From Lama glama (Eukaryota), in NCBI GenBank assembly GCA_028534125.1, contig CM052816.1, positions 82,524,001 through 82,588,000 on the forward strand: a DNA stretch of 64,000 nt, given 5' to 3'. This document shows, piece after piece, positions 40,755-54,278 of this stretch (the first letter of the stretch is position 1; the number at the start of each line of letters is the position of its first letter). The position numbers and the translations under genes were made by a program. The notes beneath the pieces were generated by a model, which searched no databases, was not told where the DNA came from, and saw nothing but the letters and a program-made list of their open reading frames with translations.

Positions 40755-42300
40755 GCACCTGGCAAACACTGACTTGCAAACACCCATAGACATGAGAGCC
40801 TTTGGAGAAGTTCAGGTTCCTAAAGGAGAAATTCCAACAACTCTAATGAAGCAAAAACAAACAAGTTTTGACACACTGGAGTGGCCAAGAGGAATTTTGC
40901 CAGAATCACCTTTCCTGCCAAGGTGGCACAGCTTAGAGAACTGGAGAAAAAGGAAGTGCAGGCTCCCTCCTGTGAGTGAAAAGGGAGAGTGGTGAGTGAG
41001 CACCCGGTTTTCCCAGCCGTGCAGGGCGCGGCTGAAGAAAGCCGTTTCTCTCTCAGAGTACTACAGGAGGAACTCTGTGACTTGGGGGAGGGGAGGAGAC
41101 CAGGAAAGAGGCAGGTCAGTCTATCAGAGATTAAAGAGACACAGGTCCTGGTGGTTGTGTTCTAGACTCTAGCAGCAAGCCCAGCTATGGTCTCCTGGAA
41201 AAACCTCACCAGGGAATCCCCCCAGCTGGCAGCAGTCACCTCCAGTGCCCACAAAGCCACGCCCATCCCTCCCTCCTCTCTGTGGCCAGCTCCTGGTGCG
41301 TGCTCCTAAGGGCAGCAGCAAAAGCAAGCCTAGATAGACAAAGAATACACAGAAAAACGAAACAGAGTCAGTGGGGAGGAGAAAAGCCACAATCTTGAGC
41401 TGTAGTACCACCATCGGGGAAAAGGAGAGGTTACCAATAGTCGGCCTGGTGCATCTTGAGTTTGAGACCACGTCCTGGCTTAGAATTCTGCCACAAGAGG
41501 GAGCAAGAAGCATAGAGCAGGTGCACCCATAGGTGATCAGAGAAAGCCCCAGAATATAAGCAGGACCAACAAAAAGTATCTGTCACCTGATGCTGCTGGT
41601 AAAGATGGGAGGACATGGCTACTACTTTGAATGAGAGAACAACAGTGTAAAACTCCGAGGAATGTGAAGAATCAAGGAAAATAACATCACCAAAGGATAA
41701 TAATAATCTAATAACCAATTGCAAAGATACATAGGGCAACACAGAACATCCAATAACTGCAGGAAAATTTCAAAAGGTATCACATGTATGTTGAAATACC
41801 AGAAGAAGAAATAAAAATGGAGCAAAAGGAATACTTGAAGTAGTAATGGCTGACAACTTTCTAAAATGAATGACAGACACCAAAGCATAGGTAAGAAAGT
41901 CCAAGAACAGCAATCAAGATGAATACCAAAAAAAAAAAAAAACTCCACTGAGGAATATCATATTCAAAGTGAAGTAGAAAAGGACAAATTAAAAACTTGA
42001 AAGAAGCCAGCCGAAAAATAAATTTGCCTATAAAAGAACAAGGATCAGCCTTCTCATAAGAAAAAATTAAAGCGAGAAGAAAGCGGAGAGGGATATTTGA
42101 AATGTTGAAAGAAAATATGAACCTAGAATTCTATGTCCAATGAATTTATCCTCTAAAAGTGATAAAGAGTTTCTCACACACAGAATTAAGGAATTCATTG
42201 TCTGCAGAACCACTCTGCAAAAAGTATAAAAGAAATTCTTCCGGGAGGATAAAAATGACAGGTCAGGCGTGTGAATCTTACTGAAAGATATCCCCATGTC
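40755..42300 (+). mobile_element. Old L1 5' UTR and ORF1 remnant
   Basis: GC-richer 5'-UTR-like block followed by ORF1-type text ('atacttgaagtagtaatggctgacaactttctaaaatgaatgacagacaccaa', 'acctagaattctatgtcca'). Confidence 0.7.
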
Positions 42301-42309
42301 CAAAGCTGT

Positions 42310-43670
42310 AACAAATTTGAGCAATAAAATGAATAAAGAAGTTTTCCATTAGCATACAAAGGATAAAATTAATATTTAGGAGTCCCTATTAACATAAATA
42401 AATATTTGGATATAATGGGAAAGAAGACACAGCTCTCTCTTCCAGAAGATTTCCGAATAATGGCTGTAGATAGTCTGTCCTCTAGGAGGCTGAACTGAGC
42501 TCCCTATTCCCCAAGAATGGGCTGCAGATAGTGATTTTCTTCTAAAGAGTACAGTAAGAATGGGAAAAACATAATGGTGAGTTTACAGTGGTGAAATCTG
42601 ACAAACACTGGCTCAGCCAGGTGTTGAAGGTCGACATGGGCAGTGGAAAGTCCTGTTGACAGATCACACGCATCCTCACTAGGAGGTGATGAGAATGGCA
42701 CTTTACCCCTGTGGTCCTTCTTCCCAAAACTCATATTCCCAGATGGATCAGGACAAAAATAGCAGACAAATCTTAACTGAGGGACGTTCTAAAAAAGACC
42801 TGACTGACTCTCCTCAAAGCTGTCAAGACCATCAAAAAACAAGGCAGGCCTAAGGGGACATGACAACTGATACAATATGGACAGGACCTTGGAACAGAAA
42901 AAGGAAACTAAGTAAAACAAGAAATCTGAATAAAATATGGACTTCAGCAAGTACAAATGTTTTAGTATTTGTTCATTAATTGTGAAAATAAGACCCCTAC
43001 TAGGATAAGATGTGGTTAATAAGGTGTTACGAATTTGCCCAAGTAATACTTGTTTAGGAACGCAGGGTGTTGAGTGCTGAGCCGTTCAACAACAGACCAC
43101 ATAAGAAATTGAAGTAGAGATGTTTATTACTCACATGTCTTGGGGAAGCACATGGCATGCGGTGAGGAGCCACACGGGAGGTAAGGCAGAGTGCAGACAA
43201 AGACAGGCAGGACCTGGGGCACATGCCTTTACTAGGGTCCATGGATAGAGTGTTTTGGGGTTCCCAGGCTAAGGCTGGATTGGTCAAGTCAAGCCAACAG
43301 GGCCAGTTGTGGGAAACCACACAGGGCTCTTATGTAGGTAGAGTGGATGGCAGGACACTGCGAGGCAGTGGAGACCATTGATCACGTGGTCTGTTGGGAC
43401 AATCATATCGGGAACTTACATTTGCTTGTGACTCTGCAGGCTGCTGTCTAGGTCATGTGCTTGTATGAGGGGACAGTGTCAGTTTAGGGTCACTGTAGGC
43501 CGCTTGGCCAAACAAAATGGAGGTCAAGGCGGCAATACCATGGAGTATCCGAGCTAAACTCTTGCCATAAGGGATTCTGGGGCTGGGATATTTGGAACTC
43601 TCTGTATCATCTTCACATTTTTCCTGTTAATCTAAAACTGTTCTAAAAATTAATTTTATTTTAAAAATAG
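42310..43670 (+). mobile_element. L1MC-type 3' UTR, interrupted by an LTR
   Basis: 'tttacagtggtgaaatctgacaaacactggctcagccaggtg', terminal 'ggaactctctgtatcatcttcac...ctaaaactgttctaaaa'. Confidence 0.8.
43025..43567 (-). mobile_element. ERVL-class solo LTR (MER74-like)
   Basis: TG...CA boundaries, exact 5-bp TSD TAAGG (43020-43024 and 43568-43572), antisense AATAAA ('tttatt' at about 43123). Confidence 0.85.
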
Positions 43671-43699
43671 TTATCACGAGAGAAATAAATTGGCATCAG

Positions 43700-44875
43700 C
43701 AAACTGTAAATCTTCAACTATTTTAGGAAAAATTACTTGGAATTTAGAGTTCTTTATTAGCACTCCCACTTTAGAGTGGGTGGATAATAGGAATATTCTG
43801 GAACAAAAAGGGCCTTGGAAAGTTTAGTCCACATGGACCTTTTTAAAAATGCTTTATTTGAAGATGTCGTCAGTAAAATTTAATCTAAAAAGTCCAAAGT
43901 GGACAAGACTTTGTTATAAAGAAACAGTGGTGTGCAAAGAAACAAGTCAACTTACAACCGAGACTAAATAATTTTTGATGTAAACATAAAACAAATGACT
44001 GAAATATCAGATGTTCTAGCATGCTATGTAGATTCTGATATATTTGAGAGGTTTAATTATATGTAGTAATATGAAGGATTACAGTAGCATAAAAGAAAAA
44101 GGATATATAACTTCCAATATAATAGCAAAAACATGAAAATGTAACAAAAACAGAAACCTACTAGATCAGTCGAAGAGTGAGAGAAAGGAATTTTTTTTTG
44201 AAAAACATCAAAAGTAGAATACATATAGTAAAATGGCAGGAACACTTATAAGTGTTCATTAATAATAAAAATATTAATAAGATAAATTCCATTTTAAAAT
44301 ACATTCTTGGAATGTATTAAAAATTCCCCAAAGTTCACTTGTTATACAGGAGCCATACTTGAAATTAAAATACATAAAAAAGATTGAATGCAAAAGGTAG
44401 AATAATGTATTACAAACAAAGATTAATCAAAAGAAATGAGTTGAAGAAATCTTATTATCAGACAAAATAGAATTCAAAGTGAATTATTTATATGGGGCAA
44501 AGGGAACTATTTCATACTGGCAAAAATAACAATATACCAAGGTGATATGACAGTCATGAACTTTTATGTGTACATAGTTACAAAATACATAACAAAAACT
44601 TCATTGAAAGCCAGGAGAAATGGACAAAAATCATGTTCAAATATATTAAATCTGTGTTAGAAACTAGCAGAGCAAATAGACAAAAATAATCAGGGTAGCA
44701 ATTGAATAAAACATGTACAAGCTTCTGTGTGTGCATATGTGTGTGTGCGGTATGTGTGTGTGCATAGATGCTGAGGATTATCAATATCAGAAAAGAATAA
44801 GAATAAATTCTCAAAAAGGATAATAAACATTTCTTTTCAAACACACATGGAATATTCAGAAACATTTAGTATGCA
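43700..44875 (+). mobile_element. Degraded old L1 (ORF2 endonuclease region)
   Basis: 'cttattatcagacaaaatagaattcaaag', 'ttcttttcaaacacacatggaatattca'. Confidence 0.7.
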
Positions 44876-46399
44876 TTAGAGCCTGTGGAAGAGAATGTTG
44901 GTTGCTCAACCATATCTAAACTCTCCCCACCTCTTCTTTCTTCCTGCTTAAATAAAACACTAGGGACTTTTCAATTCAAAGAAAAGTGAAAGGAACTTAA
45001 CAAAGTTGACTCCAATTTAGAAAATCTTTTGTATCATTTTAATATGCTATGGAGAATAGAAACATAAGCCAGTAGTTTAAAAATAATATGGGGTCAAGGA
45101 AGGTGTTTCTTTAAGTCGGAAGATTAGTGTAGACTTTTATGCTAATAGATGAACAATTAGTGAAGGAGAAATTGATGAGCCACACTGTGAGGGACAATTG
45201 CTAAACTCAGGTCTTTCAGAAGGGCTCCAGAGCTTAAGAGGCATTTGGGGCTTTTTATAGAAATAGACATCTCTCTTCTATTTTTAGCAGGGACTCCTTT
45301 ATGAAGTTGTAAAAGATACAGTTTTTATCATGTGCTTGTAATTGAAACACCAGTTAAATTACTACATGGCAAAATTGTAATGTTGGCAAGTTGCTAAATT
45401 AGGAAGAAACATAAAAAAATTAATATTTTCTTTGAATCAAGGAGTTTATGACAAGATTGAATTTTCCTCTATAAATTTGGTTTATTTGTTTGATAATTAC
45501 CAAAAGGTGTATTTTTATCATATGACCTTGTGGAGGAGAGAATCTTCCAGCAAGGATTATGAGACACTTTATTGGAGCTGACTATAAAACATCTAGTTGT
45601 ACAGTAATTGAACAATAGAGAACAGATAGTGAGCACAAGGGTTTGAAAAGGTGTTATGCCAAAGATTGTTTACAAAAAAAAAAGTAAAGATAGGTCAGAT
45701 AGGGCTAAGGAGAGGAGAAACATCTATTACAATGCAAACCTTGTAGGCTATAGAAATATACTTCAAGTTCTCTTTTTCCAATGGTACTTTATCCATCTGG
45801 ACAATGACATTGCATGGGACCACTATTTTTACATCTTCAAGGCTGTTTATGAATGTGGGGAGGGGATGCCTTGCAGAAATGAAAGAGAATGAACAAAATA
45901 TCCAGGGAGATGAATTTGATATGCAATGCTTGATAGTTTCCTTGGAAGAGGTTACCCTTCTTGTTCTTTTTATGTTTTATGTCTCCTCTTCCTTCATTTC
46001 TTTCTTATTTTAGGGACTCGTTATAAAGACTAGAAATATATAAAATGCTAGCTAGACCTGGTGTTCTTCAGAATGTTAACTGCTGAGTTCAGCAGCTTGG
46101 GTCATCACTGAATTATTTCATTGGAGGTAAAAGAAGAAGGAAAAAGAAAGAAATAAGAAAACTCCAGTCGATTGACAGACTGCCCCAGAATACGAATTTG
46201 CCTTCTGAAGTCACTGGCAGGGAAACTAATCATTCATTGTAATTAAACAATAGCTGAGTTGCCTCCAGCGGTCCTACCTTACCTAGATTTGGTTTGTGAA
46301 AAATCACACGGAGGTGGCAAGCTTTCCAGAATCGGTGTTAACACTGAATGCCTGGTTGAACTGAATGAAACGTTGCATTGCTGGGCTTCCTTCTGTGGG

Positions 46400-46837
46400 A
46401 AAGAAACTCTGGAGGTATTTCACAGCAATGAAAGTGCATAGGATAAAATGTTGGAAGCTGACCCAGACTTAGAAAGGATTATGAAGATTCATCAAGGCAG
46501 AGAAAAGATGCCTGCTCCACATGGTAAGTTATAAGATGATAAGAAAAGGCAAGCACTCTCACAACTATTCTTGATACTTTTTTTTTTACAAAGGAACAAA
46601 GCACTTTAAATCTCAATGTTACAAGTTACAGTGCACAAAATAAATAGTATTTTTATATATTTTTTTCTTTCCCTATATATATTTTACTCGACAGTAAGAA
46701 TTTTAAGGTTCTGGAAAAATAGTTTTAGAGGTCACAGAACAATTGTAATCTTCCCCATTAATTATTTAAGATCATGGTATTAGTTTATATGCTCATTTTT
46801 ATGGTTTGATGCTATTGTGCAAGGTTAGGGCTGCCTG
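46400..46837 (+). mobile_element. TcMar-Tigger fragment (Tigger13-like 3' part)
   Basis: 'ggataaaatgttggaagctgacccagacttagaaagg...aggcaagcactctcacaactattcttgata'. Confidence 0.7.
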
Positions 46838-49800
46838 TTTTATGAAATAAAGCCTTCCATTTTAAGGTCTCTGTGAACTGAAGACTATTTTTTCTAGCAT
46901 TTTTGAAGCATAAAAGTGTCAGAAAATTTCAGTTGACTTCCCTTCCCTTGAAGGAGATCATTTAGGACAAGAGGAGATGAAGTTGATTCCAAAGCAACAC
47001 TCTTAAGGTTTAGAGCAATAGAAGTAAGATACATAGTGACCAAATTTCTCACAGCGACTTTTGTCTCAGGAACTGGCTGCAAAAATTGGCTTTGCTTTGT
47101 GGATTAAGTCTAATTGGAATAAATACCTGAAAGCTGAAGGACCTATTTTAGTGATATGAGGATAAGGAGATTATCTAATTCATCAGCCGAAACAGGACAC
47201 TACTGAGAGTAAAAGGGATGCTACATTAATTTAAAGTATATAACTTTGAAATATTTTTTGGTTTTATTGTATTGGTAAATATAATGAATAATTCATTTCA
47301 AAATTCTTTCTAACAAAATGGAAAGTGGCATATCTTTGTACAGTAAAGCAGAATTTAAAAAAAAATCCTCAGATTGAGTATCTAAACATTAAAAATTGAC
47401 ATAAGCAAAATAATTTTATTTGGCACATATTTTCATTTTTTCTCAGTTTTTAAAGTATACCTGTCTCTAATTAGATGCCATCCTTTTTGGTAAAGACTAT
47501 AATCTGTAAATAAGTTTAATTTTTTTTCATAATACCAACAATCTTCAAAGTTAACTTTGTGTGTAATTACATTTGAGATTGCTAATACATTTAATTCACT
47601 CATCTGTGTAGATTATAATATTTTAATTGAAAAAATGCACTGCCGTTGCTAAAGTCCCTGGTAAGTTGAGAGCGTACGCTGTTAAATGGAGGTTATTGTA
47701 AACATTACAGTTTTTGTTTAGATGTGTAAATATTTCATCTGAAATGAGTTCACACATAACTATCTTTTTTTCTTAATTCAGAGGAAGTTTCTTTGACAAA
47801 TAAGACAAATAGGTTCTTCAAATATGTTCTCTTTTTTATGATTACTGTGCATAAATTGCTGTAAAATCACAGGGCTTTTCTATTTCATTCTACTCATATA
47901 GATAATCAAATTATCCAATTAAAAATAGCAGAAGAGAGGGGAAAAAAGAGAGAGTTTTAACAACTATACGTAGGTCTCATTTATATTGCTAGGATTCCGT
48001 AGATTTGTGGGAACAACTATAAATTATATCGTATTTACCAAAACTAATTCCAAGAGCATCTCTGCTACATAAGTTTTTTAAGTTAGGTAGGAAGAACATT
48101 GCTTTATCTTGGCAATGTGCTCCATCAAAATTTAGATCCATATTTTTTCAGCAAAATATAATAATAAAAATAATCATAAAAATTAATGTTGAACTTTTGA
48201 AATGAATTTAAAAATAGCATTCATAATAATATGAAATGTTTATTCTTCAACTGAATGTACTTCCAAATATTTATATGTAAAAATATCAAAATACTATGAG
48301 AATGAACTGATTTTCTGTTTAAAATACCTGTCTTTTATAAAAATCTTGTTTTTTCCAACACTGTATAGAATTCTTATGCTGATGGAGCCAATCCTTAATA
48401 GTTATAGCTCTACTTATAGTATATGTACAAGACAAATTCAAATATAAAATGAAAAATTAATTTAGAAGAGTCATTTGATCTCAATGAAAATTTTATACTT
48501 TATAGAGTGATAAGTAAACATAATTCTTTACACTACAGATGTTAAATTGTTATTTTCATTCCAGATTTCTTACATAAAAGAATTATTACTGTTTGAAACA
48601 AAAACAGACATTTCTTTAGCATATTTGTGCTTTCTGGTTTTTAATGTCACTGTATCACTATAGCTATAAGAGGAGAGGGTAAATGTTAATAAAAATTTTG
48701 TGCATGTTACATGTTCATAATGATATTTCATGATAAGTGGAAATTTAGCATTTCATTCTTTTTCAACTTGTACTTATTATTGTTTTAGAATTCATTGCTG
48801 CCAAAGTTTACTAGAGCTCATTGCATTTCATGGCAAAATGAAAACATGGGACTAAAAAGTAACATACCACCTAATAACTGAAAATAAAATTGTAGCAAGG
48901 GGGTTCAAAATATCCTCTATGAACTGTGCAACAGCACTGCTGGGCTTTTATTTGCTGCATGCATTTCATGCACTGCTGACTTACTGCCTTTCTTTCTGAC
49001 CACTGGTGGTCCTGGCAGCAAGTGCTGGAATGGGTCAGGGAAAGCCAGCTGGCTTACCGCTGGTTTATCTTTCAGACAAAAGAATGTGTTTTATCTAAGG
49101 TAGTTTAACAAAAGAATAAGGAGTTAAGATCGAGATGCAGTTTATAAAGGAAAAGAACAAGTGTTAGGAGAGAGACTAACAGGGGAGATAATTTAGAATA
49201 AAGATCAGAGAATGTTCAGATGAAGCAGATAGAAAAAAAAAACATAAAATATTCCCAATATCAGAAAAGGTTGATTTGAAATTTTAAAAATTACAAGTGA
49301 CAGGATATTTTTCATGAAAACGTTATATTACAATGAGGATCTGCCATGAAGATCTCCACTTCACAGAGCATAACTTCAAAATAAATTTTTTAATTGTAGG
49401 AATTACAAAAAAAAGAGTCTGAAACATTAAAAGAATTGAAATTACCTCTCAAGCTCTAAAAATCAAGTTAACAAAAACACATAGACATACATACATAGAA
49501 TCAGGAGATTGGTAATGAAATCTAAAAGAGATGTAAGCTACGAACAAGTCATTGAATGTTTTAATAAATTTTAATGATGTTTAGTGTTCATGATATAAGA
49601 GAAACCAGCACAATCCAAACCTATGCATGTAGTATCAGCTAGGCAAATTTATATCAAATGAATATAAAACATTTTAAGGAAAATGGCATCAAATTACTCT
49701 GGCAATTTTCTTCGGTTGGAGTTTGGGTGATTTTCTTTTTCTTTTTTTTTTTTTGTATTTACTGTGATAGAATAAACGACATTCACGATCAGGTTAAACA

Positions 49801-49894
49801 CTAGTTATCTTTTTTAATAGGAAGGATCATAACAGTTAGTTCTTTTAATAAAGCATGGACATCAGAAAAAAATAACTAAAATTCTGTTTACCTA

Positions 49895-52258
49895 TGTTGT
49901 AGATTCATTGTAAAAATGGGCCCAGTTGTCCATACTTTTTATCAACATCCTTCACAATCTGCTCTAGAGGATCTTTTCATCAAGAGACAGTGTCTCCTCA
50001 TGTTACATCTCGGCTGGTCTTTGACTAATTTTAGCAAATGGAAGTGGCTATATGTTATTTCCAAAGCTGAGACCCAAAAAACCTTAAATGATTGTGCTTT
50101 TGTTTTTGTTTTATCTTGGACCTTGGCTTTGCCATGAAAACATGTTGGCACATTGGCAGGAAGTGAGAGGCCCATGGAGAAGAGTAGCCAACAGGCAGCC
50201 AGCCCCACAGATCTGAGAGAAGCCAGTCTAGCTCAGCAGAGCCGCCAACCTCACCCATTGCTCACTACAGACTTTTCAGTGAGCACAGTCAAGATCAGAG
50301 GAGCCACTCAACCTATTCATAGCTTTGTGAGCAAGAATAAATGCTTACAGTTAAGACATAGAGCCAGGGGTGGAGGAGATAGTTAATTGAAAAATTGGAT
50401 TGCAGCAGCAATAGCTGAGATGGAATTGATACTTGATGGAGGATGCAGTCCCAAGAGAAGTTTGAAATCTGCGGCATTGGTTTGTGCTGGAAAATGGTAA
50501 GCAAACTGTTAACAAGGATTAGGAGCATGGCAAGAAATAGTCACTGGACTCTGGGAAAATGATGATCCATGTAATGTCGTCACAGAATAATTGATAAAAC
50601 TGTTGCCTGCAGTAACTTGGAAGATGGAAAATGTATCTAATGGACTTTTGGATTTGCCTAAAGAGATCTCCAGGCAGAATGCTGAGAGCGTCAGCTGGAT
50701 TTTCTTAATTGTCTATAGTACAGCAAGGAAGTGATGAACTATGAAAAAGCTGGCCCTTCCTAAGCAGAATTTAGCAGAAATATGAGAGGACCAAACTTAC
50801 GGGCTACAAAATAAAACAGTTTCTCATGTCTAGTCCTTCTAGTCAGGAAGAGATCATCAAAGTAAACTGTAACCTGGGTACACAAACCAAATCATCACTA
50901 CATCTTAAGATGTGTTGTTAAGACCTCCGAAAGGATTAAGGAAGTGCTCACTCCTCTCAGGTAGACAGAGCACTGCTAGGTACAAAGGTGGACTCCCACA
51001 GCTGTCTGATAATAACTCAAATCAGTGTGATTAAAAACAATTTGTTGAGTGGAGGGGGTGTAAATCCAATTATTTAAGAGCTCACAAAAGTTTTTTTTTT
51101 TTAAAGGAGTCATACATACATACAAAAGTGCCCTCATCATTCTGGCCTCAAAGATCTGAGATTGTTCAAATGGAGAATGGTTTCTGGGTTCTTATCCTTC
51201 TAAGAAGAGAAAGTCAGTTGAATATTCCGAGGGTATAAATTCCCCTGACCTCTTCAGAAGAGGAAATGGAGAACCTTCCAGAAGGTGGAGCTGTGGAGAA
51301 CAGTGGACTGGAAAGTCTGTCCTAAGGAGCAGAACGGCAGTCAAATCTGGGAATATGCTCTTCTCCCAGTGTCAGGGCACCTGGCAACATTTGCCCAGTT
51401 GGATTTTGAACTTTGTAAGTTCCAGGGAGCTGTACATGCCTCCCAGTCCTGACCTTCTGAATGAGAATGCTGTTTACTGCAGTTTTCCTGTCCTTCTCAC
51501 TACCGCATGCTAGGTGGTAGTGGTAAAGTACAAATACCTTGTCTTTTTGGTTCGAATGTGACACATTTGAAGAGCCTTATCTAGACCTCGTGCAGATCAC
51601 AAGATACTGGACTTTGAAGACAATACAATAATTGGAAGAGAATTGGGGCACCTAGGGAGGGGGTGAGTATAATTTGTGTGTGGTAAACACATGGAATTAA
51701 GACCAGAGGGTGGGATGGTAGTCGGTTGATTGAAAACACGGCCCCCACTTCTTCACCTCTCACTGAAACCACACCCTTTCCAATGTGACTTTGAGCTCCT
51801 CTCATTGTCGGTAGGCCTGGTAAATTTGTTTTGCAAATAAAATAACAGCATGAGTAATTGCCATCTTATTTATATTTTATAATTTATAATGCATTTATAA
51901 TTGAGAGTCAGCTCTTAATCTAGCCCTACAGAGGCCTTGCTCTCTTCTGCTTTCTATCTCTCTCAGACCTTTGTCTCACTATGAGAGCATCTTGGGCTAG
52001 TTTGCTGGATGGATGTGACAAATATATAAAGAACAGCTAGACCAGCCAGTACCCAGCAGCCACCAAACACTTGATCAGCCAAAACAGGAAGAATGACCTT
52101 GCCCAAAACACAGCTGATAGTAGGTCTGGGAGTGAGTAGCAGAGATCAGAACTGTCCAGTGGATCCACAGATCTATAAACAGATCTCATTGTTTTAAGGA
52201 TCTGAGTTATGGAGTGGTTTAATACACAACATTAACATAACAATAGATAACTGATACA
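49895..52258 (+). mobile_element. Full-length MaLR provirus (MLT1H-like LTR-int-LTR)
   Basis: 5' LTR about 49895-50421, MLT1-int text, PPT 'agagggtggga' then 3' LTR 51716-52258 ending 'caatagataactgataca'. Flanks are accta and acccg. Confidence 0.82.
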
Positions 52259-52744
52259 ACCCGCTGCAGTGAGTGTAAGTAAATGCACTGAAATGCATTA
52301 TAAATGCATTGAATGCATTATAAATTTCAAGTCATTGATCATTAATGGAAGGGCTGGAAATTAAACAAATTAGTTTTTTTTAAAGAGAAATGACTCACCT
52401 CTGAATTAAAAAAAAGACAATTAATGCAATTCCCATTGTTCTTCTGTAGATGCAGGTGACACAGTGTTCTTGTTCCTATTCTGAATTCTGTCAAGTCGCT
52501 TAGAAGTGAAAAGAATGTCAGAGAGGTTGCCACCCCTGGGGAATTACTTTGGTAGCCAAGCAAGGAAGACACTGAGGTAGCAGACAGCTGCCACTGTGCT
52601 GGAGGCGATGGGGACTTAATATCCAACTCTGAAAAATCTTTTTACAAGACCTGGGGTTGTTGACAGGTAAAAGCAGTATTTTCACTCTTTGTGTCTCTTA
52701 ACAGAAAAGAATAGAAGAATTTACAGTTATAATGCTTAAGTCAA

Positions 52745-53017
52745 TTTTTTCCAAAAGGAATATTTATAGATTTTATGCCCCAAAAAAGCTTCTATATTCA
52801 GGAAAGTTTTAAAAACATTGGGTCAAAGTAAAACACATTTTTTTTTAACTGCAGGACGTCCCAGACTCTTTACTATATACCATTTGTATTGTGAATTCCC
52901 CAAAGAAACATATAACATGCAATATTCTCCAAGTTTATTTGACCATGGTACTCTTTTTTTTCCCACAGGGTATTTTGCAGGATTATATTTTCACCAAGTA
53001 CACATTGGGGAATGCTG
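52745..53017. mobile_element. hAT-Charlie element (MER103-like)
   Basis: 'aactgcaggacgtcccagactcttta...caagtttatttgaccatgg...cacattggggaatgctg'. Confidence 0.65.
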
Positions 53018-53254
53018 AGTTCATGGTTTGTAAAGTGTGTAAGTTTTACTTCCTTTTTTAGTTCTAAAATCTGTTCTATGAAGATAACCTTTCCACTAGT
53101 GTATGTTTTAATGTTCATAATTATTTGATTAAAAAAACCCAAAAAGCAAAAATGAAAAATCATGACATTATATTCATAACGTGTTTTTGGTTCTAAGGTT
53201 CTATAACATGCCACATCATTTAATACTTGCAAAATTATAGGTCAAATATAACAG

Positions 53255-53510
53255 TAATAACTTTTATAAACATTCACATGTTGAAAAACTTACCATGGGT
53301 CAGGCACTGTGTGAATTGTGTTATATAGGTCATCACAATCACTATCAGAAAAACTCTTTGGGTTCAGCATAATTACACTGTGTTTAACAATGATGAAATT
53401 GAAGCTTATAGCAGTATGGCCATGTTTCAAATCAACTTATTTAAAATAGATAAAACTGAGATCCGTGCAGTTTTATCGTATGCCAACACCTGCTCACTTA
53501 ATAACTGGGC
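53255..53510 (-). mobile_element. MIR SINE
   Basis: 'taccatgggtcaggcactgtg...aacaatgatgaaattgaagcttatagc'. Confidence 0.55.
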
Positions 53511-54039
53511 ACCATTAGCCAGTAGACATACTCTTAGGGTTTAGAAGAACACAACTCTGCCTAAAAAAATCACACTTGCTGTTGGAAAACTCTCTAGGAA
53601 CAAACTCATCTTAAAATAAGTATGTGAGTGGGACAGTGAAGCTGATAAAGAAAAGGACATCTGAAAACAGTTTAGAAACTTAGCAGAGTTGTCTAGACTG
53701 AGCATGGACTTCGCCATCAGAGAGTTCGTGTTTAACGTGGAAAGATATCAAATGCTTTGAATCCACTGGAATGGGTTATTTTACTCAAACTAAGTTTCTA
53801 ATTTCTTTCCTTGTGATTTCTTTCACAATTATAAATTGGAATTTTGATACGAATTCCAAAATCATACTAAGGCTAACTACGTTGTGATGAGTAAATTATT
53901 AGATTATCATTATTTCAAGCAAACTTTGGGCACAGCAGCAAATATCATTTGCAAAGAAAGAAAACAGGTGTTATGTATAAAATGTTTTGGCAGATGTGAG
54001 CACTCTTTGAGGTGACCCATAATACATGACCAATTAGTC

Positions 54040-54278
54040 ACTTTTTAAAATGGCTTTGTAGACATAATTATGACATACAGTAAACCAAATGCATTTATAG
54101 TGTATGGTCTGATAACTTTTGACTTGAGTAAATATCCATAAAACCATTATCAAAATAAAGATAACAAACATATCCATCACCCCAAATTTTCCTTCTGTTC
54201 TTTTGTACAAAATTCCACTCTGCCACCTCTCCTCAACTTTTAAGTACTGGGGCAATCACTGATCAGATATTTCACTCT
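54040..54278 (-). mobile_element. Old L1 (L1ME/L1MB) 3' end
   Basis: 'gtagacataattatgacatacagtaaac...acatatccatcaccccaaattttcc...ggcaatcactgatc'. Confidence 0.75.
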
